The notes: generated from the sequence alone by a model not told the origin. Shown: positions 11,801 to 21,049, numbered from the stretch's first letter. The stretch is 38,180 nt of DNA from an uncultured Clostridium sp. (GCA_947647115.1 CANSJB010000003.1:1-38180); one strand, 5' to 3'. Program-made: numbers and translations.

Positions 11801-14800
11801 TGGTTCTTAGTTTTTCATTAAAGTGTTCTTGGTAGGCAGGGTGACCTCTATCTAAAGTTACCATTCCTTTTAAGTCTTTTCCATACTCTAAGCTTTGAAT
11901 ATATTCTACTAGCTCTTTAATTACAGTAGCATCTTGTTTGATAACATATCCATCAAAAGTATATTCTGTTCTTAGTTCATCAATTTTATAGGATGCTACA
12001 TGACCATACATTGCTTTATATGTTACCGTATAGTCTTTTTTGTCATTATCTTCAAATACAACTCTAATTTTTTGGATGGTTTTGTAATTTTCTTCTGTAA
12101 GGGTAAATAGTAATTTCCCTTGTGCATTATAAGGTAAAACAACTTTAATTGCTTTTTGATTTAAAATGTCATCTTCCTTAATTTTTTCACCATCAATGAT
12201 TAAGTATTTACTATCAAAGAATGGCATTAATTTATAAAGGTTGCTATAAGCCATGGTTTTATTTGAATTATAGTCTGCCATTTGTTTTAACATTTCATGG
12301 TTTGGAATATAAACATTTTCCGTTTTTGTTTCTTCTTGTGTATTGTTATTTGGGTCTAAGTTTTTAAGTGTTGGTAACTTATCATAACTACAGTTTTCTA
12401 AATTCCAAATTTCTTCATTAAAGCCTGCTTCTTTACAAATATCTGCATGAAATTGGTCTTTTGATATTGTTTTAATATGATTGCCTGTATTGGCTGTTAA
12501 GGTGGTCTCCTCTATGGTGTAGTTGTCAGTTGTAGTATCTAAGGTAGCTGTTCCACCATGTATTCTATAAGCTCTTGTTCCACTACCTAGGCTGATATTT
12601 TGTGTTAATTTAACTTGCCCTGCGTTTCTTGCATATCCTACAATTCCTCCAGATTGGCTTGGTCCTTGACTGCTAGTCAAGTTTACTTTTGCAATACAAT
12701 GCTTAATTTGGCTAGTTGTATTTACATAAGGCTCTAAGCTTCCTACAATTCCTCCAATTTTTGCTTTTCCGTCAATTGTACCTTCCGCATAACAGTTTTC
12801 AATGGTAGTAGATACAATAAATCCTGCTATTCCTCCGATTTGCTCACTTCTATCTTGTATAACACCATCTTGAATTGGTCCTGTTATATTAATATTGGTT
12901 GCACTACAATTTTCAATTTTACCAACTCTAAATTTACCTACAATTCCTCCATAACCAGCATTCATATAAGAAGTTACAATGGTAATATTTTTGGTATGGA
13001 CATTGCTAATGGTACATCCTCTTGTTGCATCATTTACAAGTGGTGCCATTCCTGCTATGCTAGTTGAGTTTGTAATATAAGCATCTTGTAGGATTAAGTT
13101 TTTAACGGTTGCTTCTCTCATTAAGTCAAAAATTGGTCTTGATAAATTATAAATGGTATGACCATTTCCGTCTAATGTTCCACTAAAAGTTACATTTGCT
13201 CCTACCAATGACCTAGTGTCTCCATTAAAGCCTGATGCATCATAATCTCTAGTTAATACATAAGTTCCTCCTGGATTTTTTCTCATTTGCATAATTAAGC
13301 TTGCAAAGGAATTATTGGTTGCTGTAGTTCCTTTTACAGTTCCATAAGTAACTTCTAATTTTTCTTGTTTGATACTGTCTTTGTATTGAATAATGTTTTC
13401 ATATTCTAGTTCAAATTTAAGTTCCCCATCTTCTATATAGTGTCTTTTAATTGGTGCATAAAAGCTTGGCATATCTTTCATTTGAACATTTACTATAAAT
13501 TGTTCTTTATTTTCTAACTCTGTAATATTTACTGTTGAAAGTTCTGTTACAGTTTCTCCATCTTTTTTATATAAAGCAATGTCTAAGATGTCTTTCATTT
13601 CTACTTTACGGAAAACAAAGTTAATTTCTTCATTTAGTAATTCTTGGTTTTGGTATTTGTTTTGGCTTTCTCCTTCTTTGTTACTATCTAAGCAGTAGTC
13701 TGCTACCACTTTTATGGTATAGTATTCACTAACTGTCTTATCAAAAATTATTTCATTACGGTTTGCTACTAATTGTTGTGTTTTTAACACTCTTTTGTGG
13801 TCGTCTGCAATGGTTATAGTTCCTTGTATTAGTGTTTCTTCTGTATCTTTTAAATCAAAACTTGCAATTACTTTATTTTCGTTTTCTGCATCTTCTTTAT
13901 AGCCAAAGTCTTCTGCTGTTGGTTTGTCTTTGATTACTTCTATTTCTTTTGCAGCATTCGTAACATCTAAAAATCTTTTGTTATTTAGGATAATAGTTTG
14001 TATCCTAATTTCTTTTTTGCCATAAGTATCATAGCCTGGTAATTTTGCAATATAAGTATTGGTGCTTCCTTCTTTTTTAGTAAGTTCATATTCTGTTTCA
14101 TTGATGATTGCTTTTTCTGGTACAAATTTAGTCTGATTGGTAGCAGTAAAGCTTAAAATAATTTCTTCTTCTTTTTTAAAGTAATTACTTTCTTGTTTGC
14201 TATTGGCTGTTTTGATATCACTTACTTGTAAATTATAATTTCGTATTAGCATAATAGGAGCCTCTGCCACCATTTTAGTTTCTTCTTCTCCTTGCCCCTC
14301 TTGTGGATGTCTATTATAAGTAATTGTAAATTTTGCTAGATATTCTACATTTTCTTCTACATTTTCAAAGATAACTCTTCCATGTCCTGTTTCATCTACG
14401 GTTAATTCTTGGTCTTCTGGTTGACCTTCTTTTGCATCTGCTCTTACTAGTTGTACTTTTCCACTGATATAATTGTTATCTGTATTGACTAAACGATAGG
14501 TAACTGTTACTTGGTTATCTACAATGTTATCTTCTTGTTTAATTTCTAGAACTTGTGGGATATCTTTTAAAACAGTAACTTCTAAATGATTTTGTACTTG
14601 TATCTCTGTTTCATCTTCAAATATAATTGCGGTTGTTTCAAGTGGTAAAACTTGTGCAATATTACTTGTATTTACTGTTATTTCATATTTTCCTTCTTCT
14701 ATTTTATTTACTTCATAATTTACACTATTAACACGAATTTTTGCAATTTCTGAGTTACTATTTGTTTCTATTTCATAAGTTATTTTTACAGTATCATCTT

Positions 14801-17108
14801 TTTCTATTTGTGTTTTATTTACTGAAGCACTCTTCACATTTACCATTATAATTGCTGGAATTTCTTTTCTAAATAAAACACTTTCTTCTTCTGTTGTCCC
14901 TTCATAGCTTACTATTACTTTTACTATATATTTATTTGTTTTACTAGTTTTTAAAGTTTTTTCTATACTTCCATTTTCAATTTCTTCTAAAGTAATTTCT
15001 TTACTTTCGATAATATTTTCGCCACTATCATAAAGTTCTATCTTAGCATTTTTAATCATTTTTTCTACATCTGAAATGTTAAATGTAAATTTGATATTGT
15101 TATTTTCTATGTTTTCTTGTGCTATAAAGTCTGTAATAACTGGCTTTGTTTCATCTATTGTAATTTTTATGTTATTATCTTTTTGTAATATAAATTCTTT
15201 ACCATTACCAAGCTTTACTTTTTCAATCGTAATTGTTTTTTCACCTATATCTTCTATTCCATCTATGGTTGCTAGGTAAGTATCTTCTTGTTTTATTACT
15301 TCATATTCTTTTGCATTAATTGTTACTTTACTTGGTTCAAAATTACCTCCTTGTGTAGTTTCATAAGCTTCATTTGTACTTTTAAATGAAATTTGTATTT
15401 GTTCTTTTCTTGCAAAAGTATTACTTTCTTCTCCATCTTTTAATGCTTTGATATTTGATATTTGGAATTTGTAGTCTAAGCCACTTTTAAAATTTTCTCT
15501 ATATATTAATGGTGAATCTGTATGTTTTTCATTTTCTAATTGATCTGGTGCTGTAGTATACTCTATCGTAATTTCTACTAAGTAGTCTTTTCCATCTTCT
15601 ACTACTATTTCATGTTGATTATTTCCAATTGAAATATATTTAGCATATATTTCTTTTTCTGACTCATAAACTGTAATTTTTGCATTTTCTACACTATCTT
15701 CTTCATCTAATAAATCAAAACGAATTGTTGCTTTTCCTTCAAATTCTTCATTCAAATTATAATTTTTAATTTCTGGACGTTCTTTTAATACAACTACTGC
15801 AAAGTTATAATCAATTTTTACTTCTGTTCCAGTATTTAGTATTATTTTTGTGAATTTATATTCTTGTATTCCTGAATTTTCTCCTGAATTTAGTTTTACT
15901 GCAAATGTGTTTCTTGTGTCATTTGGTGCTTCAATGCTATATTCTTTGCCATTAATTACAATACTTTGAGCTGTTACATCTTTATAATTAATGTCTAATA
16001 AAAATTCTATTGCAATTTCTTCATTTTTATTTATGTAATAATTAGCTGTGTGAATTCCATCTAGCTCTATTTGGTAATTTCTTTTTTCCTCTACTTTTGT
16101 AAGTAAAAGTGACAAGTCTGTTATCGTAATTTTAGAGTCATTATTCATATCTGCATTCCATATTCTTTCTTCTGGTAAGTACTCTAAACTAACTAAATGT
16201 CTTTCTAATAAGTCTACATCATTCATATCAACAATTCCGTCACCATCTAATTCCCCTTTTAGTTTATCTAAGGCTGCATAAGTAGTTCCTATGAATTGTG
16301 CTGATATAAATACTGTGCAAATAATAGCCATTATCATCATTGTTCTTTTATTGATTTGTTTTTTTACCTTTTTATATTTTGTAAATGAAGTAATGGCAAT
16401 TATAATTTGTATCAAAATTAATAAATATAACCATGTATATTCTTCTAATCCTGTTGCTGGCAACTTACCAGGTGCTTGATTAGAGTCTCCTGGTTTATTT
16501 GGCTTTCCTGGTTTTTCTGAGTCTGGTTTTTCTGGTCCTGGCTCTTCTGGATCCGGTTTTTCTGGACCTGGTTCTTCTGGTCCTGGTTCTTCTGGTCCTG
16601 GTTCTTCTGGTCCTGGCTTTTCTGTTTGCTCTTCTATAATTTCTATTTGTTTACTTAACGTTTTTACCTCTATATCATCTCTGCCTTCAGAACAAACAAA
16701 TTGTGTCAAATTAACCTGTGTCTTACCTGGAGCTACATCTTGTTTTACTTTTAATGTAATTTGTACAATATCTTGTTCCTGTGTTACTCTAACTCTATTA
16801 ATCGCTACAAATTCTTTTGTTTCAGAATTATATTGTAGTTTTTCCCATCCATTTAGGTTTTTAAAGTCATTTTGAGTAACCTCTTCAAAAATACTTTGAT
16901 CATATACAAGAGTTGTTTTATACGCATTTATTCCTTTATTTGCTTGCTCAAAATTACTAAGTTTTACTGTAAATACAATGGTATCTCCTGCATATAATTC
17001 TTCAGACTTACTATGTAAAGTAGCCTGTATGCTTGTGCTTGCATATGAAATTGTGCTTGACAAAGCTAAAATAATAATTATCATTACGATTCCAACTAAT
17101 TTTTTCAT
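5844..17108 (-). CDS. Giant surface zinc metalloprotease, ZmpB/IgA1-protease-like (M26), with cohesin-like, internal LPXTG, dockerin and GLUG-type repeats
   Basis: Signal peptide; cohesin-like domain; PGPEE linker; LPATG plus TM; second hydrophobic segment; paired dockerin Ca-loops; HETGH at 10860-10874; many IGGxxG repeats. Confidence 0.8.
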   Translation of the reverse strand: MKKLVGIVMIIIILALSSTISYASTSIQATLHSKSEELYAGDTIVFTVKLSNFEQANKGINAYKTTLVYDQSIFEEVTQNDFKNLNGWEKLQYNSETKEFVAINRVRVTQEQDIVQITLKVKQDVAPGKTQVNLTQFVCSEGRDDIEVKTLSKQIEIIEEQTEKPGPEEPGPEEPGPEEPGPEKPDPEEPGPEKPDSEKPGKPNKPGDSNQAPGKLPATGLEEYTWLYLLILIQIIIAITSFTKYKKVKKQINKRTMMIMAIICTVFISAQFIGTTYAALDKLKGELDGDGIVDMNDVDLLERHLVSLEYLPEERIWNADMNNDSKITITDLSLLLTKVEEKRNYQIELDGIHTANYYINKNEEIAIEFLLDINYKDVTAQSIVINGKEYSIEAPNDTRNTFAVKLNSGENSGIQEYKFTKIILNTGTEVKIDYNFAVVVLKERPEIKNYNLNEEFEGKATIRFDLLDEEDSVENAKITVYESEKEIYAKYISIGNNQHEIVVEDGKDYLVEITIEYTTAPDQLENEKHTDSPLIYRENFKSGLDYKFQISNIKALKDGEESNTFARKEQIQISFKSTNEAYETTQGGNFEPSKVTINAKEYEVIKQEDTYLATIDGIEDIGEKTITIEKVKLGNGKEFILQKDNNIKITIDETKPVITDFIAQENIENNNIKFTFNISDVEKMIKNAKIELYDSGENIIESKEITLEEIENGSIEKTLKTSKTNKYIVKVIVSYEGTTEEESVLFRKEIPAIIMVNVKSASVNKTQIEKDDTVKITYEIETNSNSEIAKIRVNSVNYEVNKIEEGKYEITVNTSNIAQVLPLETTAIIFEDETEIQVQNHLEVTVLKDIPQVLEIKQEDNIVDNQVTVTYRLVNTDNNYISGKVQLVRADAKEGQPEDQELTVDETGHGRVIFENVEENVEYLAKFTITYNRHPQEGQGEEETKMVAEAPIMLIRNYNLQVSDIKTANSKQESNYFKKEEEIILSFTATNQTKFVPEKAIINETEYELTKKEGSTNTYIAKLPGYDTYGKKEIRIQTIILNNKRFLDVTNAAKEIEVIKDKPTAEDFGYKEDAENENKVIASFDLKDTEETLIQGTITIADDHKRVLKTQQLVANRNEIIFDKTVSEYYTIKVVADYCLDSNKEGESQNKYQNQELLNEEINFVFRKVEMKDILDIALYKKDGETVTELSTVNITELENKEQFIVNVQMKDMPSFYAPIKRHYIEDGELKFELEYENIIQYKDSIKQEKLEVTYGTVKGTTATNNSFASLIMQMRKNPGGTYVLTRDYDASGFNGDTRSLVGANVTFSGTLDGNGHTIYNLSRPIFDLMREATVKNLILQDAYITNSTSIAGMAPLVNDATRGCTISNVHTKNITIVTSYMNAGYGGIVGKFRVGKIENCSATNINITGPIQDGVIQDRSEQIGGIAGFIVSTTIENCYAEGTIDGKAKIGGIVGSLEPYVNTTSQIKHCIAKVNLTSSQGPSQSGGIVGYARNAGQVKLTQNISLGSGTRAYRIHGGTATLDTTTDNYTIEETTLTANTGNHIKTISKDQFHADICKEAGFNEEIWNLENCSYDKLPTLKNLDPNNNTQEETKTENVYIPNHEMLKQMADYNSNKTMAYSNLYKLMPFFDSKYLIIDGEKIKEDDILNQKAIKVVLPYNAQGKLLFTLTEENYKTIQKIRVVFEDNDKKDYTVTYKAMYGHVASYKIDELRTEYTFDGYVIKQDATVIKELVEYIQSLEYGKDLKGMVTLDRGHPAYQEHFNEKLRTKEMATEFIINYIANSKGYCITQENEVLNTITRNKLNNNQMKRLLFAYNYYRRMYGIEMEGTNVCDVMLFRGDLFRKNATVDSFITEFWNSKWKNSHVCYQFYRDNLGPRVNIENIGAFVEQNIKILTDYEDPNDWFFENFNGLITESPAKGYEDTADYRAWTQLKKQPSFILPMLTLPKNAGYIVSAPTTFAIGSVRVYMSDPENEAQQAATLKKMQDFGDNMANFYATALGFIDSSYLNRVCDVQIDTRFLPGLGEQSNGKTNDPFHKGVNEMLNEWSMIGAVSAYAGSNRVFWVVDHALTTFTRGWTHETGHNQVNSVFFKNSGFRPIGGGNNTGGSGGEDYTDGNTSQGTGDGGVNFNLCFNYSPEQLVTTNLTTERINSSEKIASYYKGMFEAIDYLDYVEAKAFLKLTPEEQSKVAVQVFYPDKSGTTGWRVLTKEDFEAMNLKTIEDIYNNKITIRPGVTGTSTQTAIGQYGYENMYIRRWYQPHNDNGRTHTYGFTYTAWQMLGIGGYDGGYITYFSGRSRTDLDAIQKVTKDPTMTWKKFKLGRYDLMENSLNTIPYVDSTSLEEKYVESLKLDAANSDRSVTNSTNVRRRNYHYLKRVTNDFRQEVLNGNITIIPITTAEELQEKINKNPYGYYTLENDIDLSKITEGNAIISNTFMGKLDGKGHKLIGNTRPIFANIKFAHISNLNIENANITSSLADTGALAKTISYSEIENVMGKNIKVTATNKQIGGLAGSLASSYVKNTHIIEGTVSGTTRVGLLAGYVGQSQIEESTTNGKAVATGNACGGFIGEVINKTTIQNCYSMGEVQGNQDIGGFIGYVNSTTISNCFSMCKAKGNAGVASFVGQTINNSNIKNNITLVNQVGGYKFDGRTANNKFTNFANNYENYENIGQSTLTRAGIDFTGKIEVATREEVASKSFYTNVLGWKDSIWDFSRLANKGVPKLKNADPNDYVNMEEIYHITNAQELVEQITAHPGATFIIENDIDLSSVEGTNAIIEVEFIGKIKGNNHTLRGNKLPIFQRLNSSQIFDLILEGTSIQTSEKVIGALSKAAQYAKLENIIAKDISIVTTNEQIGGLIGSMAYTSMKNVHVIEANISGTKRVGTLAGYAGACNIMQCSTNGTVTGTGNACGGFIGEIYSNTIIQDCYAIGTVQGNQDIGGFVGYVNNASIKNCFSNCKAKGNTGISSFVGQTANNATIQNNITFANQAVGYKFDGRTASNRFANFANNYEAEASAGKSTLTRTDVDFTEKIKIATKEEVRNKNFYTQTLGWEDTIWNLEDLANEKLPKLRNLDPNSEMALEEKYHVTTQEEFQTQIKEHPDAIIVLENDLDLSTVSTKAVIEVEFAGKLEGNHHTLTGNKVPIFTKLNGAKITNLNLENSEITANQVNSGAFANQAQYVDIENVIAKNSKVVSTNENVGGLFGIVTYANMKNVHLLGGEISGTNRVGGIAGYVGFSSLEECSSNITTMATGTACGGIAGSLINQSTIQNCYSAGSSIGNVDVGGLVGNVGDSTIANCFSIATVNAKRGGASLIGVSQGSNIKNNITFADQYNQYKFDGRTVAEQFENYEGNYEYENNTGISTLTREGIDFEGKIKVATQQEIASVDFYSNTLGWDLNIWDFTGVILGATPKLKNADPNEAIKIGEIKNYEIHTVDEFISLLKAHPEATFSIQEDLDFSSKKYNVLDNVIVIPGTFYGEIQGNNHKISNLKDAILFEQFEGKVDGLNIEKYSLGETNKFRTQKAIFARKAVGATFSNMKFNDIVMYGNSAIAVVAVEDENSTYENISVTNAYLEGMYYSEAMALGNNMTAFITNKTGGSIKNCYVQGEIKAAGRKNAGIIAKVAGDVTIEKVIANVKVTCNDATSLKEQKAITNSGFIAEIEGNLSVVDSASIANQEALTSKFIPADQDIISTLFQNCYENAEAAGKSNSNGIHIKEATKAELLTKQFYTNILHLNEAIWDLDNIQEISQIIHLGLK
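16505..16624 (-). repeat. 15-bp tandem repeat encoding a PGPEE/PGPEK linker
   Basis: About 7-8 units of CCAGGACCAGAAGAA-like sequence. Confidence 0.9.
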
Positions 17109-17321
17109 GTTTTCTCTCTCCTCATATGTATTGATGATATATCTTTTATTATAACATCTCCCTTATTTTTTTCAACATATCAGGTAGCTGCTTAAACTCT
17201 TAGAAGTCTGATAAATTCACATTTAGCTCTTTTTCTTTACATTTATATAACAATTTTGTCAAAATTTGTAATATTAGCAATCAAAATCCAACTCTATAAC
17301 TTACTTCCGTAAGCATTTTTG

Positions 17322-18524
17322 TTAAAACATATTCTTAAAATATTTCCATACTAAAATTCTTGCTACTGCCTCATTAATAGTTTCTTCTGAAATCTGTTTA
17401 TTTTCTACAGCTGTTTTTATATCATTTAAAGCAACATCTCCCTCTGTTACAATTAACATATCATTTCCAGCAAGCACTGCTTTTACATATTTACTCTGCT
17501 TTATATCATCTAATGCCTTCATATTTAAAGCATCTGTCATAATAATTCCTGTAAAATGTAAATCATCTCTTAATAAGCTATTTATTTTAGGAGATAAAGA
17601 TGCTGGCGTATCATCTGTTTCTATGCTACTTACAATATTATGGCTAATCATAACTGCTTCTGCCCCACATTTTATACCAGCTTCAAAGGATGCCATATCC
17701 TGCCTAACTTTCTCTAAATTTCTAGTATCTACACTAAACCCAATATGTGTATCTGAATTACTGCCATAACCAGGAAAGTGTTTTAAACAGTAAGAGACCT
17801 CATAACCTTGTTTTTTTGCATCTAAACTGGCTTTTATAACGGTTTGTATATAATTTGATGTCTGGGCAGTATTTAAACCTACTGACCTATCATACATATA
17901 ATCTGCTTCTTTACAAATATCTGCTACAGGTGCTAAGTTAAGGTTTAAACCAAGGTTGTATAAGAATTTACTTTTTTCTATGGTGTCTGTATTTACTAAG
18001 GCAAAACCTCCCTTTTGATATAAAGTTTGTGCATTTTGAAATTGTTTTGCTTTTAAATAACTATTTGAATAAGTTAAATTCTTGTTAGAGCTTACCCTAA
18101 TTACACCTTTGTCACCTGTTTTTCCTTCTTCATCTACCGCAGTTAATAGAGGAATGTTAGAACTACTTTTTAAGTTAGAAATCATAGTTTTAACTTGTGC
18201 CTCTGTTTTTCCTGTAAAGTCTTTTTCAAAAAATAAAATACCACCATAATTACTAGTCACATTATTTTTATCATATGATACTAGCAGCATTTGTCCTATT
18301 TTTTGTTCTAATGTTAATGTTTGTAATTTGCTAACTGCTAATTTGTATTGTTTATAAAAAGCTTTTGTATTATCTTCTTGTTGATAACTTTCCTCATAAT
18401 ATTGGTGATTTCCTTTTTCTAGCATATTTTGCTTTTTTACATATAAAATACTACCAATTGCAATAATAGCAATAGCAGTAATTGCTGCTATATATTTTCT
18501 TTTTTTGTTTTGCTTTGTAATCAC
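17322..18524 (-). CDS. GH3 beta-N-acetylhexosaminidase (NagZ-like), membrane anchored
   Basis: AVDEEG, NLAPVAD, KHFPGYGSNSDTH, IMTDAL motifs; N-terminal TM. Confidence 0.9.
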   Translation of the reverse strand: MITKQNKKRKYIAAITAIAIIAIGSILYVKKQNMLEKGNHQYYEESYQQEDNTKAFYKQYKLAVSKLQTLTLEQKIGQMLLVSYDKNNVTSNYGGILFFEKDFTGKTEAQVKTMISNLKSSSNIPLLTAVDEEGKTGDKGVIRVSSNKNLTYSNSYLKAKQFQNAQTLYQKGGFALVNTDTIEKSKFLYNLGLNLNLAPVADICKEADYMYDRSVGLNTAQTSNYIQTVIKASLDAKKQGYEVSYCLKHFPGYGSNSDTHIGFSVDTRNLEKVRQDMASFEAGIKCGAEAVMISHNIVSSIETDDTPASLSPKINSLLRDDLHFTGIIMTDALNMKALDDIKQSKYVKAVLAGNDMLIVTEGDVALNDIKTAVENKQISEETINEAVARILVWKYFKNMF

Positions 18525-18569
18525 TTTGCCTCATTCTCCTTTTTTATTTAAGTTTCTATTTCAGATAAA

Positions 18570-18612
18570 AAACTACCAGTCACTAAATTTTTATTTAATA
18601 ACTGGTAGTTTT
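18570..18612 (-). terminator. Terminator-like hairpin after ftsL
   Basis: AAACTACCAGT / ACTGGTAGTTT inverted repeat. Confidence 0.65.
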
Positions 18613-19129
18613 AGAAGTTTTCTAATAATTTATTAATTAAGTTTTCCAACCAACTTTTTTCTTGTGTTACAATAACTTGCTCACTTGCTGGTTCTACATA
18701 GTCTTTTTTAGGAAGATTTACATATACTTTTTGTGTTTCATCTATTTTTTTCATACCTAACATACTAGATGCTGACTTTTCAATGTTTGCTAGGTTAAGG
18801 CTACTTTGGATATTAATTTGTATTTGTTCATTTTCTTTTTGTAAGCTGCTTAATTGTTTTTTTAAGCTTTCATTTCTATTAAAACTTTCTGTAATCATGG
18901 AGTTACGATAACTTATAGCAAATAAAATACTAAAGCCTGCTAAAATATAAATAACTGTTTTTACATGTGGTTTTATATTTTTCTTTTCTTTTTTTACTTG
19001 TTTTTGTTTTTCTTTTGGTTTTAAGGCTGTAGATTTCTTTTTTACATAAGGATTTTTCTTTGTTTCATATTCTGGTTTTAGTTTTCTAGGGCTTGTTTCA
19101 TATTGATATCCTGTCTGCTTATATGCCAT
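18611..19129 (-). CDS. ftsL: Cell division protein FtsL-like
   Basis: Basic N-terminus, one TM, coiled coil, IEKSASSMLGM; position after rsmH. Confidence 0.75.
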   Translation of the reverse strand: MAYKQTGYQYETSPRKLKPEYETKKNPYVKKKSTALKPKEKQKQVKKEKKNIKPHVKTVIYILAGFSILFAISYRNSMITESFNRNESLKKQLSSLQKENEQIQINIQSSLNLANIEKSASSMLGMKKIDETQKVYVNLPKKDYVEPASEQVIVTQEKSWLENLINKLLENF

Positions 19130-19158
19130 AAGTTTGTCTCCTCCTTTCTTTTGTGTTT

Positions 19159-20103
19159 TTATGTTTGTATTTTATCCATTCTTTCAAATATTCTTACCTT
19201 TGCACTTTTAGACCTTGGGTTTTCTATCATCTCTTCTTTGGTTGCTATAATAGGCTTTTTGTTTATGATATTACCTAAGGTTTGATAGCCACAAATGCAA
19301 TATGGTAAATCACTTGGGCAACTACACTTGCCTTGCATGTCTAACATTGCATTTTTAACTAGCCTATCTTCTAAGGAATGAAAAGTAATGACTACTAATC
19401 TTCCCCCTTGTTTTAAGCACTGTATCGATTGAATAATGGTTTGATATAATGGTTCTATTTCATTATTTACTTCTATTCTAATGGCTTGGAAAGTTCTTTT
19501 GGCTGGATGCCCTTCTTTTTGCTTTGCTTTTGGAATAGAGTTTTGTATGATTTCTACTAATTCTTTCGTAGTTTCTATTGTTTTATTATTACGTATTTTA
19601 CAAATATTATGGGCAATTTGTTTACTAAACTTTTCTTCCCCATATTCCCAAATGATGTTTGCCAATTTTTCTTCTGGATAGGTATTTACTACTTCTTTTG
19701 CTGTTATTCCAGTGGAGGTGTCCATTCTCATGTCTAAAGTACTATTCCCCATGTAACTAAAGCCTCTGGCTCTTTCATCTAGTTGGTAGGAAGAAACCCC
19801 CAAGTCTAGTAAAATTCCATCTACCTGACTAGTTTCAAGTTCTTGCAAAATAGTTTGTATGTCATCATGGTTTCCATGAATATAAGTTACATTAGGATAA
19901 TTCTTTAATGTTTGGGAGGCTGCTTTTAATGCTTGACTATCTCTATCAATGCCAATTAGTTTACCTTTATCAGATAGTCTTTTTACAATTTCTAAGCTAT
20001 GCCCTGCTCCACCTAAAGTGCCATCTACATAAATACCATCTTGTTTTATATTTAAGGCTTGTATACATTCTTCTAATAAAACAGGTTTATGTTTAAATTC
20101 CAT
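19159..20103 (-). CDS. rsmH: 16S rRNA C1402 N4-methyltransferase
   Basis: HKPVLL, DGTLGGAGHS, DLGVSSYQLD, TFQAIRIEVN, FHSLEDR, NPRSKSAK; likely start MEFKH at 20103. Confidence 0.97.
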   Translation of the reverse strand: MEFKHKPVLLEECIQALNIKQDGIYVDGTLGGAGHSLEIVKRLSDKGKLIGIDRDSQALKAASQTLKNYPNVTYIHGNHDDIQTILQELETSQVDGILLDLGVSSYQLDERARGFSYMGNSTLDMRMDTSTGITAKEVVNTYPEEKLANIIWEYGEEKFSKQIAHNICKIRNNKTIETTKELVEIIQNSIPKAKQKEGHPAKRTFQAIRIEVNNEIEPLYQTIIQSIQCLKQGGRLVVITFHSLEDRLVKNAMLDMQGKCSCPSDLPYCICGYQTLGNIINKKPIIATKEEMIENPRSKSAKVRIFERMDKIQT

Positions 20104-20189
20104 TGTGCCTGAAAATTTCCTTTCTTTTTTATGATAGCACAAGCAGTTGGTATGATGATACCAACTGTATGCTAATTTTTTAAATTGTT

Positions 20190-20468
20190 TATTCTTTTGT
20201 TTTTTTAGACATTTCTTTTGTTCTTTCTTTTATTTTATATCTTTGGTAGGTAAGGAAATTTTTTTAAAATGAAGTTAGTTATCTTTTGTAATTTCTTTTT
20301 TTGTTTTTTATCTTTTGTAAAATTTTAATTTTTTTCTTTTGTAAAAGGTTGGTTATTTCTTTGTCTTTTGTGGTTTTTTTTCTTTTGTAAAATTTTTTCT
20401 TTTGTAATTTTTTTCTTTGGTAATTTTAATTTTTTGTCCTTTGTGTTTTTTAGATTTTCTTTTGTTTA
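20190..20468. repeat. Array of about 12 TCTTTTGT(AA) motifs in a T-rich spacer between mraZ and rsmH
   Basis: Exact TCTTTTGTAA at 20282, 20311, 20335, 20381, 20398; variants near 20193, 20214, 20240, 20364, 20414, 20437, 20458. Confidence 0.7.
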
Positions 20469-20489
20469 ATTTATATAAACTTTTGCAAG

Positions 20490-20921
20490 TTATATACCAA
20501 GCATTGTCATGTTTTCAGCTATTTCATCTGCTGAAATATTTTCATCACTATTGTAAGATTTCCATTTTTCTTTGTTCCAAATTTCAATTCTAGTACCTAC
20601 ACCAATGATAACAGCGTCTTTTTCTAAGTTTGCATATTCTCTCAGATTACCTGAAATTAAGAATCTACCTTGTTTATCTATTTCACATTCTGTAGCACCA
20701 GATAAGAAGAATCTTACAAAGTCTCTAGCGTTTTTATTTGTAAGTGGTAGTGTTTTTAGTTTTTCTTCAAAGTTTGCCCATTCTGTTTGTGAGAAACCAA
20801 ATAAGCAGCCATCTAATCCTTTAGTTATGATGAATTTTTCGCCCATATCTTCTCTTATTTTAGCTGGTAGAATTAATCTACCTTTTACATCAAGAGAATG
20901 CTCATATTCACCTATTAACAT
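20490..20921 (-). CDS. mraZ: Division/cell wall cluster transcriptional repressor MraZ
   Basis: [33 protein letters not shown]. Confidence 0.97.
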   Translation of the reverse strand: MLIGEYEHSLDVKGRLILPAKIREDMGEKFIITKGLDGCLFGFSQTEWANFEEKLKTLPLTNKNARDFVRFFLSGATECEIDKQGRFLISGNLREYANLEKDAVIIGVGTRIEIWNKEKWKSYNSDENISADEIAENMTMLGI

Positions 20922-20948
20922 TATTTCTCACCTCACTAACATTTTGTT

Positions 20949-20972
20949 CCACTTTCCACCACTTCTCTCCAC
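20949..20972 (-). promoter_or_regulatory. MraZ-binding repeats
   Basis: Three GTGG repeats with 10-bp period (GTGGAGAGAA GTGGTGGAAA GTGG) upstream of mraZ. Confidence 0.8.
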
Positions 20973-21049
20973 TTCAATTAGATTTTAATACAAGATATCA
21001 GAAATAGCAAGTGTTTTTTGAAAATTTTTTAATTTTTTTTATAAAATAA

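Noticed and set aside
20104-20142. Extended N-terminus of RsmH (MCYHKKERKFSGT)
   Set aside because: Homology begins at MEFKHKPVLL; the extension contains the likely RBS
20190-20468. Possible CRISPR array
   Set aside because: Repeat is only 8-10 bp, spacers are low-complexity and irregular, and no cas genes are present
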